A stretch of 63,828 bases of DNA, filler included, from Vannella sp. (Eukaryota), in the NCBI GenBank assembly GCA_023345925.1. It is 7 parts of 7 records of this genome, joined end to end, with 100 filler letters (N's around TTAATTAATTAA, not from the genome) between each part and the next. Parts side by side here need not be neighbours in the genome. Positions count along the whole stretch, not along the records: positions 46,010 to 54,916 come from JAJQQN010001153.1; positions 55,017 to 60,231 come from JAJQQN010000773.1; 5 more parts are not named here. The stretch is one strand, 5' to 3'. Below, piece after piece: positions 48,273 to 59,349 of this stretch. The notes beneath the pieces were generated by a model, which saw nothing but the letters and a program-made list of their open reading frames with translations, was not told the DNA's origin and ran no database searches. The translations under genes were made by a program, and so were the position numbers. Numbering within the stretch: the stretch's first letter is position 1; each line of letters opens with the position of its first letter.

Positions 48273-49850
48273 TTAGGTGAGGACCAAGCCCATGTCCTTT
48301 GCTGCAACAGTGGGAGAGTCCCAGTTGTATAGATAGTACCGAAGCTTGCCATCTCCTGCACCGAACTTGAGCTCTTCTAGGAACTCATCGTTGTCCATTA
48401 AGTTCAACGCATTGAAGACATCAAAGTCCTCCTGCTTGGCCAGGATCAAGGCATCTTGCATCAAGTCCTTCAGAGACGTTTTGGTGGCAACGTTGTAGTA
48501 TGAGTAAGCAGCTTTCAACAGGTTGTGCTTGGGGTGGCCCACAATCGTCGACGGGAGCGTGTAGAAGCTCACAAAGTCAGTCACCTGCTTGGTAGTGGGG
48601 TCTTCGACCACGTAAGAGTTGATAACCCCTTTGCGAGGTACTAAGTAGTGGGAAACCTCCTCTTCTGTGAACACCGGAGCCACTTTGAACTTGCTCATAT
48701 ACTCGCTCAGCATCTTGCTGACTGGGCCGCAGTCCTTGGCCTCCATAGGGCGGATCCCACGAACAGAAGTAGCCTTTACGAGAGGGGGTTAGCACTAGTG
48801 GTAGTCTAGTCACTGGGAGAGGCTTACAGTGGGAAGGCGGAACATTTTGATCATCATGGACATGGTGGATCTCGGGTTCAAGTACGAGAAGCCGACTTCC
48901 ACGAGCTTCTTGGGGTTCAGAGAGCGGTGAAAGTATTGGGTGACGGCTACTGGACGAGGAAGGAGCTTCCCAGCGGTGTAGACAGCTTGCCAACGGTTGG
49001 TCAAGTGCACTTGCCGGGTGATCTCCTGGATGAGGATGGGGGCAATGCGCTTGTCTCTCAGCTTCTTGTGTACACAGAGGAAGTTGATCTCAACCAAAGG
49101 GATCTCCCTGGCCAGAGAGTGAGATGATCGAAGGCAAACCAAAGGAAGTTCGATCTTACTTGTTAAACGAGCGGAGGGTTGCGGGGATAGCAGAGATGAA
49201 AGCCACTAGCTTCTTGTTCTGCTTGACGCGGACTCCTAAGTGCCACTTCTTCAGCCAACCCGGAGGAGAGAGCGCCCTTCCATTCAGTCAGCAACGGGAA
49301 AGATGCTCAACAGGCGGGCTCACCAAAGCAGGAACTCGCGAGAGTAGTCAAAGCGGAAGGTGCAACCAGCATCTTCCACGTAGTTCTGATTGAGGAGGGT
49401 GTAGAGCTCGTCCATCTCCCCCGCATTGAAAATGTCCACCTCGCACCATTCCAGCACGGCGTTGAGCGCATAAGCTTCCTTCTGAACCTGTCCCACTGGA
49501 ATAGAGGCTTGGATAGGCTCGTTCTTCGTAGTGATCTCGTCCGCTACGACGAGTAAGTCCCGTGTACGTGAGGTGACACCCACAATAGACCTACTGAACT
49601 GGGGAACGGGCTGGTCCTTCCAAAACTCATACTCCTTCAGAGTTCCCTTCTCAAACTCTTTGCTGTTGCTCTCCACTGCGATGGGATCCACGTCCACAGG
49701 CGTGTTCCAATAATCTACCTCCTTCACCGCTATTCCCTGCTTCTTCGCCTTGCTCTTCTTCTTCTTCTTCTTTGTAGACTTGACAAGCCCCTCTTCCTTC
49801 ACCTCCTCAGCCTCAGCAACCGGCAGCATCTCCTTCTCCTCATCCGACAT
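48273..49850 (-). CDS. NMT: Glycylpeptide N-myristoyltransferase; multi-exon
   Basis: [16 protein letters not shown]...[62 protein letters not shown]. Confidence 0.96.
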
Positions 49851-50182
49851 CGCCACTCGCCCAAACCCAAAAAGAAGTGACAAAATCACAACCCTTCGCC
49901 CCCTTCACCTACTCCGCAGGGACTTGGGCCCAAACTGAATGCTGCTGGCTCAGAGTCTGATGAGCTGAGTCAGCATCCTCCCTCCTTAGCTTTTGGCACG
50001 TCAAACGCTCTTTCAATCAGTTTAGATGCCGTCCTGGTGTGCAGTGTGAAAGGAGTATCCATTTTGAGGACCTGTCGAGCAACCAGGATCCAAACAGCAC
50101 CAAAAGGAGGTTCTGAAAGTGTTTCTCGACCCTTCAAAGTGGTATTCTGGGCCGGTGTGAAGTGTAGTCAAACGAGGTGCTC

Positions 50183-50990
50183 TTATTCTAGAGTTCCGCA
50201 GTCTGCAATGGTGACAGGGACGCAGATGCAGCTCTTTGTTCTATTTGGTCCAGCACTTCCATTCCCTCGAGAATGGACCCAAACACGCAGTGCTTCTTGT
50301 TGAGTTGAGGGCAGCTCTTAAACGTGAAGAAGAACTGGGAGGTATTCGAGTTCTTGCCCGAGTTTGCCATCGAAACGACACCTCGGGCATGTTCACGCGT
50401 AAGGCCTCCCTTTTCGTCCGCAAACTTCTTACCAAAGATGCTCTCTCCACCTCTACCATCTCCATAGATGATGTCACCGCCTTGGCACATGAATCCAGTG
50501 ATGATTCGGTGGAAGGGCGTCCCTTTGTACCACAAAGGGCGCTCCCGATTGGATTTGGAAGCTCCCTTCTCTCCAGTACAGAGAACTGTGAAGTTTTGAG
50601 TTGTTTTGGGTGCGTTGGCGGGGTCTAACTCGATCACAATTCGCCCAGCGCGAAGAGGAAGTGGGGCGGAGGTTATAAAGTGTGCCTTTCCGTCCTTGCT
50701 CCATTGTGGGTTGCATTCAAAGGCTTCTTGTAGCAGAAGCAGAGACTCTCCATCGAGTTCCTGACAGAACGAGGCTTCTATGAGAGACTAGACAAAGAGA
50801 ACCACTGATCTTACCTCAGGACTCGTCACTGTTACCCCATACTGAGGCCCCACAGTCCCCACGAAGTCACAAGTATGTCGATATGCCTCTACCTGTAATC
50901 CATACTCCTCAGAGTCCCCAATCTACCCCCAGTCAGCACATCACAGCCAAAGGACTGGCCGCCCACATCAATGTCCAGGAAGACCTTCAT
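50183..50990 (-). CDS. Cyclophilin-type PPIase with N-terminal insertion; apparent frameshift near the 3' end
   Basis: MKVFLDID, LCTGEKG, YKGTPFHRIITGFMCQGGD, GGESIFG, VSMANSGKNSNTSQFF, KHCVFG; canonical ending VPVTIADCGTLE* lies in a different frame from IEQRAAS. Confidence 0.85.
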
Positions 50991-51052
50991 TAAAATGATC
51001 CAATTTTAATGCCGAATTCATTTGAGATGGGCTCATTGCTAGAGGGACTGTT

Positions 51053-52408
51053 ATGATGGAAGGGAGAGGGGCCGCGGCTCTATTTGTGAAGAACTTGCCT
51101 CCGTTGCCGAATTCCAGCCTGAAGGAGCTCTTTACTCTTGTTGGAGGGAGCGACTATAGATTGATGGATAGCGGGAAGATCGCTATCCTCTCCTTTCCCT
51201 CGCAGGTGGCTGCTGAGAAGGGTATCTCGGCTCTTGATGGGTTGACGGTGTGATTGATTATGATCAGCTGCTTTCTGTACCTGATGGAACTGTGTAGGTA
51301 GTTGGATCTGTCCTCCAAGCCCGCCTGCATACTCCCACAACGAATCAATCGGAGAATGACCTTCCAATCACAAAGATCCCCCTCCCACCACTCCCAGGGT
51401 ACCTTCCAGAACAGTGAAGAGGAGTGAATACTTACCCTGGGCCTTCCAGAACCTATCCAACTCACTCCCACCTCGAATACGTGTATCCTCCTCCCTCCGA
51501 TGATGTGCTAGCCAACATCCTCAATGCCCTACAACACAACCCCGCCTTCTACACTCAAGTGCTCCATTTGATGAACAAGATGAACCTGCCCCCTCCCTTC
51601 CGCCCGTCCCACACGGTCCCCATCACAATTGACTTTGCTTTGATCAAGAAAGGCCTCAAAGATAAGACAAAAGCTGCCAAAGATGAACTTCTTGCAAGTG
51701 ATGAATCGGAGATATCTGGGGACGAGGCCGAGCCCAGAGAATGTCACTTTCCTCCAAACATCACCCCCACCCCCACTTCCACGTCCTCTGCTCCCACATC
51801 GCATTTGGTGAAGAGACCGCTTCCAGATATTCTTCATAACCTTCCCAAAAGGAGAGCTGCTCAACAGCCTCTCATATCTATTGATATCAAAGCTATCCCA
51901 GTCCCTCCTCTTCTTCCCGAGGCCCAAAAACCCATCACTGCCTCCGTCCAGCATCGTTGGTCATCTCAAGGTGCTCTTAAACCTCATGAGAGTAATCCTG
52001 AGCCACTTGACTTACCAATGGATAGAAATTGCGGAGAGATTCCCCAATCACCACCCTGGCGAGCCTTCGCCCAAACTGTATCTCAAGAACATTGCCAAAA
52101 CGGTTTCCTCTTCAATGCTTTTGGATCTCTTCCTTCCCTTCTCGACCAGGTGAGTTTTTGAGTCCTTCAGCTTCTTGTCGACTAACCGGAGAAAGTGTGG
52201 CTCCGGAAGTGGACTTGAGGACCAAAGGCAGAATGCGGGGGCAGGCCTTTGTCACGTTCCCTTCTTCTCTCGAAGCAGCGGCTGCGCTCGAGGGTACTCA
52301 TGGCTTGGTTGTGGATGATCGGCCTTTGATTGTTGTGAGTCTCTTCGTTTCGCCAATCCCTTTGGAGAAGGAATATTGACTTTGCCTCAGCAATTCGCCA
52401 AGAAGTAG
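51053..52408 (+). CDS. RNPC3: U11/U12 snRNP 65K protein (two RRMs; minor spliceosome); multi-exon
   Basis: LFVKNLP (RRM1); HLEYVYPPP...LANILNAL...FYTQVLHLMNKMNLPPPF; DESEI; PGEPSPKLYLKNIAK; KGRMRGQAFVTFPS...LIV(intron)QFAKK. Confidence 0.9.
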
Positions 52409-52453
52409 AATTTTCAGTTGACTGGCGAGGTCTTGTAATGTATATTATTACAT

Positions 52454-53551
52454 TTAGGAAACGGGAGCCTGTTTGCCAGGGTCCTGGGTGGGGGTGTAAC
52501 CAGAAACAGAAGATTGAGGACCGGAGGCCTCAGCAGTGCGGCGGTAAGAGTCATCGGTGACACCAGCGGGCGCTTGCTTGCCAATATCCGTGGTGGGAGT
52601 GTAGTCCGCAATGGAGGACTGAGGGCCAGCGGCTTGAGCGGTTCGGCGGTAGGAATCGTCACCTTGGGCTGCAGGGGCCTGCTTTCCAATATCAGTGGTG
52701 GGGGTGTACTCGGCGGTGGCACTAGCAGGTCCAGAGGCAGCGGTACCAGGGCGACGGTAAGAGTCTTCTCCCTGACCAGCGGGGGCTTGCTTGCCAATAT
52801 CCGTGGTTGGAGTGTAGTCCGCAATGGAAGACTGAGGACCAGCGGCTTGAGCGGTGCGTCGGTAGGAATCGTCACCCTGGGCTGCAGGAGCTTGCTTGCC
52901 GATGTCAATGGTGGGGGTGTACTCGGCGGTGGCACTAGCAGGTCCAGAGGCAGCGGTACCAGGGCGACGGTAGGAGTCCTCTCCTTGGGCAGCAGGAGCC
53001 TGCTTGCCAATATCAGTGGTGGGAGTGTAGCTGGCAGTGGCGCTGGCGGGTCCAGAAGCAGCGGTACCTGGGCGACGGTACATTTCAGAGACCTGAGCGG
53101 CACCAGCTTGCTTTCCAATGTCAGTGGTAGGGGTGTAGTTGGCGGTAGCACTGGAGGGTCCAGAAGCAGCGGTACCAGGGCGACGGTACATCTCGGAGAC
53201 CTGAGCGGCACCAGCTTGCTTTCCAATGTCAGTGGTGGGAGTGTAGTTGGCGGTGGCGCTGGAGGGTCCAGAAGCTGCAGTTCCGGGGCGGCGATACATC
53301 TCCGAGACCTGAGCGGCACCAGCTTGCTTTCCAATATCAGTGGTGGGAGTGTACTCAGCGGTAGCACTTGCAGGTCCTAGGAACTATCTCGTTAGGAAGC
53401 AGGAGGAGAAGGGGAAGAACCGAAACTCACCAGATGCAGCAGTACCAGGGCGTCTGTACATGTCAGAACCCTTTGCAGCCTCTGCGGTCTTGCCGATATC
53501 ATCTTTGGGCTTGTACTTGTTGGTTCCGGGTCCGGTAAGTGCGGTTCTCAT
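52454..53551 (-). CDS. Tandem-repeat protein, ~347 aa, nine 35/36-aa repeats plus a degenerate first repeat
   Basis: Exons 53551-53431 and 53376-52454; repeat YRRPGTAASGPxSATAxYTPTTDIGKQAxAAQ(VSEM/GxDS); many repeat-to-repeat differences are at synonymous third positions. Confidence 0.85.
52460..53460 (-). repeat. Coding tandem repeat with 108-nt and 105-nt units and a 213-nt higher-order dimer
   Basis: Unit order A-A-A-A-A-B-A-B-B'; A (36 aa) begins YRRPGTAASG, B (35 aa) begins YRRTAQAAG. Confidence 0.85.
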
Positions 53552-53628
53552 GCTGGCAGATGATAATGATTGCTAAGACCGGCTCAGTCTCGCCCAAGTT
53601 CTTCAAAAATATCTGCCCACACGCCATT

Positions 53629-53653
53629 TGATTGGCTCCCGTGAACCAATCAG
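53629..53653. promoter_or_regulatory. Two oppositely oriented CCAAT boxes in a 150-bp bidirectional promoter
   Basis: TGATTGGCT (53629-53637) and AACCAATCAG (53644-53653) between divergent ATGs at 53551 and 53702. Confidence 0.5.
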
Positions 53654-53701
53654 GACGAGCTGGCCTGTGTTGGTCACAATGAGAACACTAACACTCGCTG
53701 A

Positions 53702-54830
53702 ATGATGGAGCAATCCACATTGCCAGTCATTCTGACGTTAGTAGGCTTCGTTCTTGTTGCATTGAATGTCCTGCCCTCTCTGTTGTGGTGAGGCGTCCTC
53801 CTCCTCCTTGCCTCAGTTGGTCTTACGCCACACAGCACCTTGGCCTTTTGCCTGTATCCTGGATACCTCTCCTTGACTGTGGGCGTGTCAAAGCAGGGCA
53901 AACCCCCATCATGGTGAGGAGAATCATCCTTTTCGTCTGGGAGTGACTGACGAGTCAGCAGGTTGCACTACTGGGTGTTCTATGCAGCTACTACCGTGGT
54001 GGAAGAGTTAGTAGGTCCTCTGATTGTCCGGTGGTTCCCCTGGTACTTCGTTGTCAAGTATTTGGTGGCCACCTCTGCTGTCGCTTTTGTCTCCTTTGTG
54101 AGGTCACATTGACCCATCCTGTATGTCACTCAGAATCCTTCAAGGTCCAGAACAAGGGAGCAGATGATCAGGGTTCCAAGCTCTCGCTGAAGGTCGCCAC
54201 TGAGAAGTTGAATGATCAGGTCTCCAAGTCCTCACAAGCACAAGTGGACAACGTGAAGCGCCTTAGTCAGCCCAAAAAGGATGAGAAACCTCCGGTATCA
54301 CCCAAAGTTCACCCAAAGGACCTCAAGAGTAGAGCCCCGATTACCACGGTCCTTCGAGGTTCAAAGGCAGCTTCCTTCCATCCAAACGCTCCAATAGGCA
54401 AACCGTTGTCGCAAACTGATAGTGAGAAGCATTCGACCAGCTCAGAAGAGGGTCTTAACACGGGTAGTGCTCCTCCTCTGGGCAAAGAACGTGACAAAGG
54501 ACTATGCAGGGGTCGAAGTGACCAACTGGACAACTAGTTGGTGGTCTGGGCTTGCCTACTGCGCCATCCTTCACTACTACTATCCTGATAGAATCACCTT
54601 CACTTCTCTCAAGCCTGAGAACAGACAGCAGAACATGGAACTCGCCTTCCGCACGGCCGAGGTGAGATCTCGTACCTTTCCAGGACACCAACTCACCCAC
54701 ACAGTCTCTGGGCATCTCCGCTCTCCTTGATGCAGAGGATTACATCAACATCCCTCCAGAGAAGCTCTCCAACACCACATATGTCTCTTGCATGTACTCA
54801 ACCTTGCGCCTGCGAGTTCACAATGAATAA
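53702..54830 (+). CDS. REEP/DP1/Yop1/HVA22 domain fused to a C-terminal calponin-homology domain (smoothelin/EHBP1/MICAL type), ~298 aa
   Basis: Exons 53702-53787, 53836-53913, 53962-54097, 54145-54421, 54468-54661, 54705-54830 (897 nt, in frame). REEP: LLCTLAFCLYPGYLS...WLHYWVFY...E...WFPWYFVVK. CH: MLLLWAKNVTKDYAGVEVTNWTTSWWSGLAYCAILH...NMELAFRTAESLGISALLDAED...PEKLSNTTYV. Confidence 0.75.
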
Positions 54831-54916
54831 AAAGGCAATTAGAATAATTTGGCGATAAATAATTGATTTTCTGGAGATTTCAAGGAGAAGCGATGTCGCG
54901 GGTCCATTCCTTTCTT

Positions 54917-55016
54917 NNNNNNNNNNNNNNNNNNNNNNNNNNNNNNNNNNNNNNNNNNNNTTAATTAATTAANNNNNNNNNNNNNNNNNNNNNNNNNNNN
55001 NNNNNNNNNNNNNNNN
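54917..55016. other. Artificial contig-join spacer
   Basis: N44-TTAATTAATTAA-N44. Confidence 0.97.
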
Positions 55017-55035
55017 TTTAGGCGCTTTATGGCAC

Positions 55036-57723
55036 TCACAGAGTACTGGCAGCTTCAAGAACGGCGGCAATATCTTCAGTAACGTTGGAGAGAAGCTGCC
55101 GGCGGGTATCGGGAGCAGTCATTAACTCCCTGACGAATGGAGCGTGCTTGGGAAAGGTTAGACTGCGAATAGCCAAGCCCTTCTCCCCAAAACGCACCTT
55201 TCGGAGGATCTCAACGAGATGCCCTCGAACACGGAACTCCAAGAAAGAGTCCTGAGCCACACTGGGTGACTCTGAAACGAGAGAGAATGCCTGATACCGC
55301 CCTAGTCAGTCACAAAGTGGGATGAGGACGAATGACTTACTTCAATCGCTGCCATAAGAAGAGTATCGAGTTCCTCGCGGGACTGGTCCTTCTGCTCTTC
55401 CAAGGCGGCAATCTTTCGTAGCTTGATCTCAGCGGGATCCCGCGGATCATCATCAAACTTGATCTCTCCTCGTTCGATCTGCTGGATGCGAGTCATGATC
55501 GTCTCCAAACGAGCCAAGGTCTTCTCAAAGACCTTTCGCAGTAAGATCCACATGAACCCTTGGCGGAGGTGTGCAGAAGCCTTGGGATGGAGGATCCAGC
55601 GCACGATAGAGAGGTTATCGACGACGCAGTAAGTCATCAGCTTGTCTACGATGATGATAACGTTCTGAGGACAGTGAACCCAGAAGGCCTGGACTGTCTG
55701 GAGAGCGACAATCTTGGAGGCTGTCGTCGTAATCATGGACTGCAGCAAGGGGAGGTATCTCTCGAACAGCTTGAGGATGTGCGTTGAGCTCTTGTGACCT
55801 CTCTGCAACAGCACTTGCAAGAGAAACTCTAAGCGCTCTTCATTCCCTTTCAGGTCTGACTCCTCAAGGAACTGGCGAAGTTCCTCGCCTGTCTCTCGCT
55901 GGTAGATGCGCTCCAGCAGCACATCACCCATTGTAGAGTCCTTGAAAGCAAAGACTGGTTCAGGTTGAGAGGGTAGAAGTGCAAAGAGCGGCTCAGGCAA
56001 GATGCGCTTGACTCGATCAATGTAGGAGAGTCGAGCGCACTGTTGGAGCACCTCCTTGATCCACTGTTGCTGATGAGAGACTTCTGGAAGGTTGGGAGTC
56101 TCATTCCAACATTCCCAGTCCCACTTCCAGTCGATTGAGCTCAGGTAGAAGGAGAACCACTCGGAGAAGCGGTCGAAGCATTCCGCGTCCATCTCATCGA
56201 GGCGGTCAAAGAGGATGTCCACACCCTCTCGTAGAGCATCTGCAAACTCTTTGCTTGCCTTGTAGCCATCAACAGTGAGGCATCCGTAGTAGATCAGCTT
56301 GTAGGGAGGCTGGGGAAGCTCGAACAGTTGCCCGAAGAGGATCTCAACCAGGAGATGCTCCCGCTTCACAGTAAACGGTAGAGATAAGAGATTGCGCATG
56401 CAAACCTTGTGAGAAGTGTTCAAGGCACAGAAGAGGTCCACCATGTACTGCTCCACGACAATGCGACCCGCTTCGCCAAGGTTGTCCTCCGTCTTTGACT
56501 TGTCGAACAAGCGGAAGGTGCTGCGAAGTCGTCGATCATATGACTGGCCTGAAATCTACCCCACTATTAGTCCTAACACTCCGCAGGGCAATGAACATAC
56601 GTGATCGGGGATGTTGATTGTGCTCAACTGCAAAGGCTTGGCGCGATTCAGCTCCACTTCGAAGATCGAGCGATTAGGTCGAATGAGCAGCTTGTCGAAG
56701 ATCTCCCACGAAGAATCGCTCGTCTCTGCCCAGTTGCCCTCACCGTTGGGGGTGATGTCGCTGACAAGTTGGTTCCATTTGTCCTGTGCTTGGTTGGTAG
56801 CCACCTCCTGGCCTTGGTTGAAGGTTGTGAGCATCTTCCGTGCACTCACAGAGAGCTGCTCCTCGCGTGCTCGGAAGATGTCGTCCAAAGTTGTCAAGAT
56901 CGAGTTGAACCGAACCTTGGAGACTTGGCAAAGCTTCTTACCAATGAATGGCAATGTATCAAGGATGACAGACAGGAAGAGTTCACTTCTGGCCACGCAC
57001 GCTCCAGATGCAGCGACTTCGGTGCCCATTTTGCCATTCTTCGATGGATCGCACTGTTCCACAATGCGTTCAAGCAGCTCTAAGTACGAGTCGCTCTCCA
57101 ACACATTGTTGTCGATCAGCTCAACGCAGAAGCGCACCAGAAGCCGCATCTAAAGCCATGCAAGGTGAGAAGAAGGTCTGTGACGGTTCAGCACCTTACT
57201 TTGTAGGGATTGACTGTGTTGAAAGCCTCTTGGAAGTTCTCTTCCAGTTTCTTGACGATCTCCGGGCCCAAATCAGGCACCCGCGCGTTCAATAGACCGA
57301 TAAGAGTACCGTACATGGATGTCTTCACGGGCTGCGCAAAGACCCTGCTTGTTGTGTCAGTGAAGGAGAGTTGAAGGGGATCACTCACATGGGGATGATG
57401 ATCTTCAGTAGAATGCCGCGATGGTGTCCCAGTTTGGACTCAAGGGCGCGAACGAGCTGCTCCAGAGTTCCCTGCAAAGAAGCTTGAGGCTTGGTGGAAG
57501 GGGATGGGATTCCTCTTACCTCTAAGCTTTCTGTCTCTGCTCCTTCGGTCTTATCTCCGATTTGGAAGAGAAGAGAGGCTAAGATCTGCTCTGGAGGCTC
57601 TGCAGGTGGCTCCCGATCTCTCCGTGGCGCCCTCCGATAGTCCCTTCCTCCTCGTCCACCACCACCTCCTCCCCCGCTGAAACGACGATCTGGTCGGTCG
57701 TGCGAGTCTCGGCGGTCTTCCAT
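55036..57723 (-). CDS. NCBP1: Nuclear cap-binding protein subunit 1 (CBP80); multi-exon
   Basis: LASLLFQIGDK, QPVKTSMYGTLIGLLNAR, LVEILFGQLFELP...YYGCL, DRFSEWFSFYLS..DWKWDWECW, RLSYIDRV, GHKSSTH, IIVDKLM. Confidence 0.9.
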
Positions 57724-57835
57724 CAAGGGCCAAGAAAAAGTAATCAACTAAACCCTTACATTTACAATTAATTCAACTAATGTTCCGGCGATAACAATTG
57801 GAGGGAACAGCGGTTTGCTTGAGTATTTCCAGGAA

Positions 57836-59179
57836 ATGGGAGTAAAAACGAGGACATGCACTGTTTGTTGGCGGATCGAGGAGAACAGCGCCAAGCCGAT
57901 GACATTGTTAAGAGATGTGAATGTTCAGAACTTTCTGGCTGGAGGGTGAGTGCGCATGAGCGGGATCAGCGGGATCGGCAAAGTTAACGGAATTAGCATT
58001 GCGGGGGGTGTTGGTGCAGTGCTTACTTGCCCTTTGGAGGTAGCCAAGACGAGGTTGCAAGTATGTTGCCTTCTTTGACGCTAGAGACTCACTTCCACAG
58101 GCAGCCCACCACAAAGAGCTCCTAACGGCTGCCCAAAAGGGCTCCTACAAGCTTGGAACTGGGGTGATGAAGACTCTAACGTAAGGGTTCCACACTGCAT
58201 CAAATTAGAATCCACTGAACCTTCTTTCAGGGACATCGCGGCAGTAGAGGGAGTAGGAGGGCTCTGGAAAGGATTGGGACCTTCCCTTGTTGGTGTTCTC
58301 CCTTCTCGGTTCGTCAGTCCGTTACCCATTGCAGATACCTGACACTGAAACAGAGCGATTTGGTTCACTACCTATCAGTACGCGAAGGCCAATATGCCCC
58401 AAAACTATTTTTCAAGCGACTTTCAACTTCACATGATGTCTGCTGTTATTGCTGGGTTCTTTGTTTCAACAGCCACATCGCCTATTTGGCTGATTAAGAC
58501 TCGAATGCAGCTGCAAAGCAAGAATCAGGATTCTCACATTCGGTATCGGAACTCCATCGACTGCGTCCGCCGAGTCTTTCGAGAAGAGGGAATCCGTGGG
58601 TTCTACAAAGGGCTGACAGCTTCATACATGGGTAAGATTCAAGTCTAGACTGAGAGAGGAGTAGACTGATGAGAATCATTCAGGAATCTCAGAAAGTACC
58701 ATTCAAATGGTACTTTACGAACATTTGCGAAAATCTCAACAAGAGAGAACCTATCAACGCCTTACTGACAAACCACAGCACATTCAAGACGGTAAGACAT
58801 ATGATCTTTCTCCCACCCAGTGCTGAGACTGGTCAAATGTAGTGAAAGTGACTGCTCTTCAACAATTTGCAATCGGAAGTATTGCCAAGCTGATAGCTGC
58901 TGCAGCGACTTACCCACACGAGGTATGCAATTCAAACTACTCTCTCGGATTGGGCTGATTGCAGAATAGGTCATACGAACCCGCCTGCGGGAGCAGCGAA
59001 CAGAAACAAATCCGAAATATCGAGGAGTCTTTCAGGGCCTGCGTATCCTTGCAAAAGAGGAAGGACTGGGTGGATTGTACGGAGGATTGGCTCCGCACCT
59101 ATTCAAAGTCGTCCCAAACGCAGCAATTCTTTTCTTTGTCTTCGAATATGTCCGAAGTTCGTTCAATTCGATACATTAG
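57836..59179 (+). CDS. Mitochondrial carrier, SLC25A33/36 (Rim2)-like; multi-exon
   Basis: Three carrier repeats: TCPLEVAKTRLQ, TSPIWLIKTRMQLQ, TYPHEVIRTRLRE; GLWKGLGPSLVGVLPSRAIWF, GFYKGLTASYMGISE. Confidence 0.9.
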
Positions 59180-59349
59180 CTTCTTTGCCATTCAATTCAT
59201 CTTCACGTGCTTGCCTTGCTCGGTCTGCGTCATCCATTGCTTCCTTGAGCAGCCTTTTTCTCTCTTGGTCTGGTAAGAAGGCGCCCTCCTTCCTGCGAAC
59301 ATCCCACTTCTTCAGATTCTTCGAGGAAGAAGCGAAGAGGTCAGCATTC

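Noticed and set aside
49958..49975. Hammerhead ribozyme core CTGATGAG
   Set aside because: No GAAA after the candidate stem II and no stem III or cleavage triplet.
52460..53460. CRISPR-like or satellite array
   Set aside because: No unique spacers; unit lengths are multiples of three with synonymous variation, so it is a coding repeat. The long alternative-frame and antisense ORFs are shadows of it.
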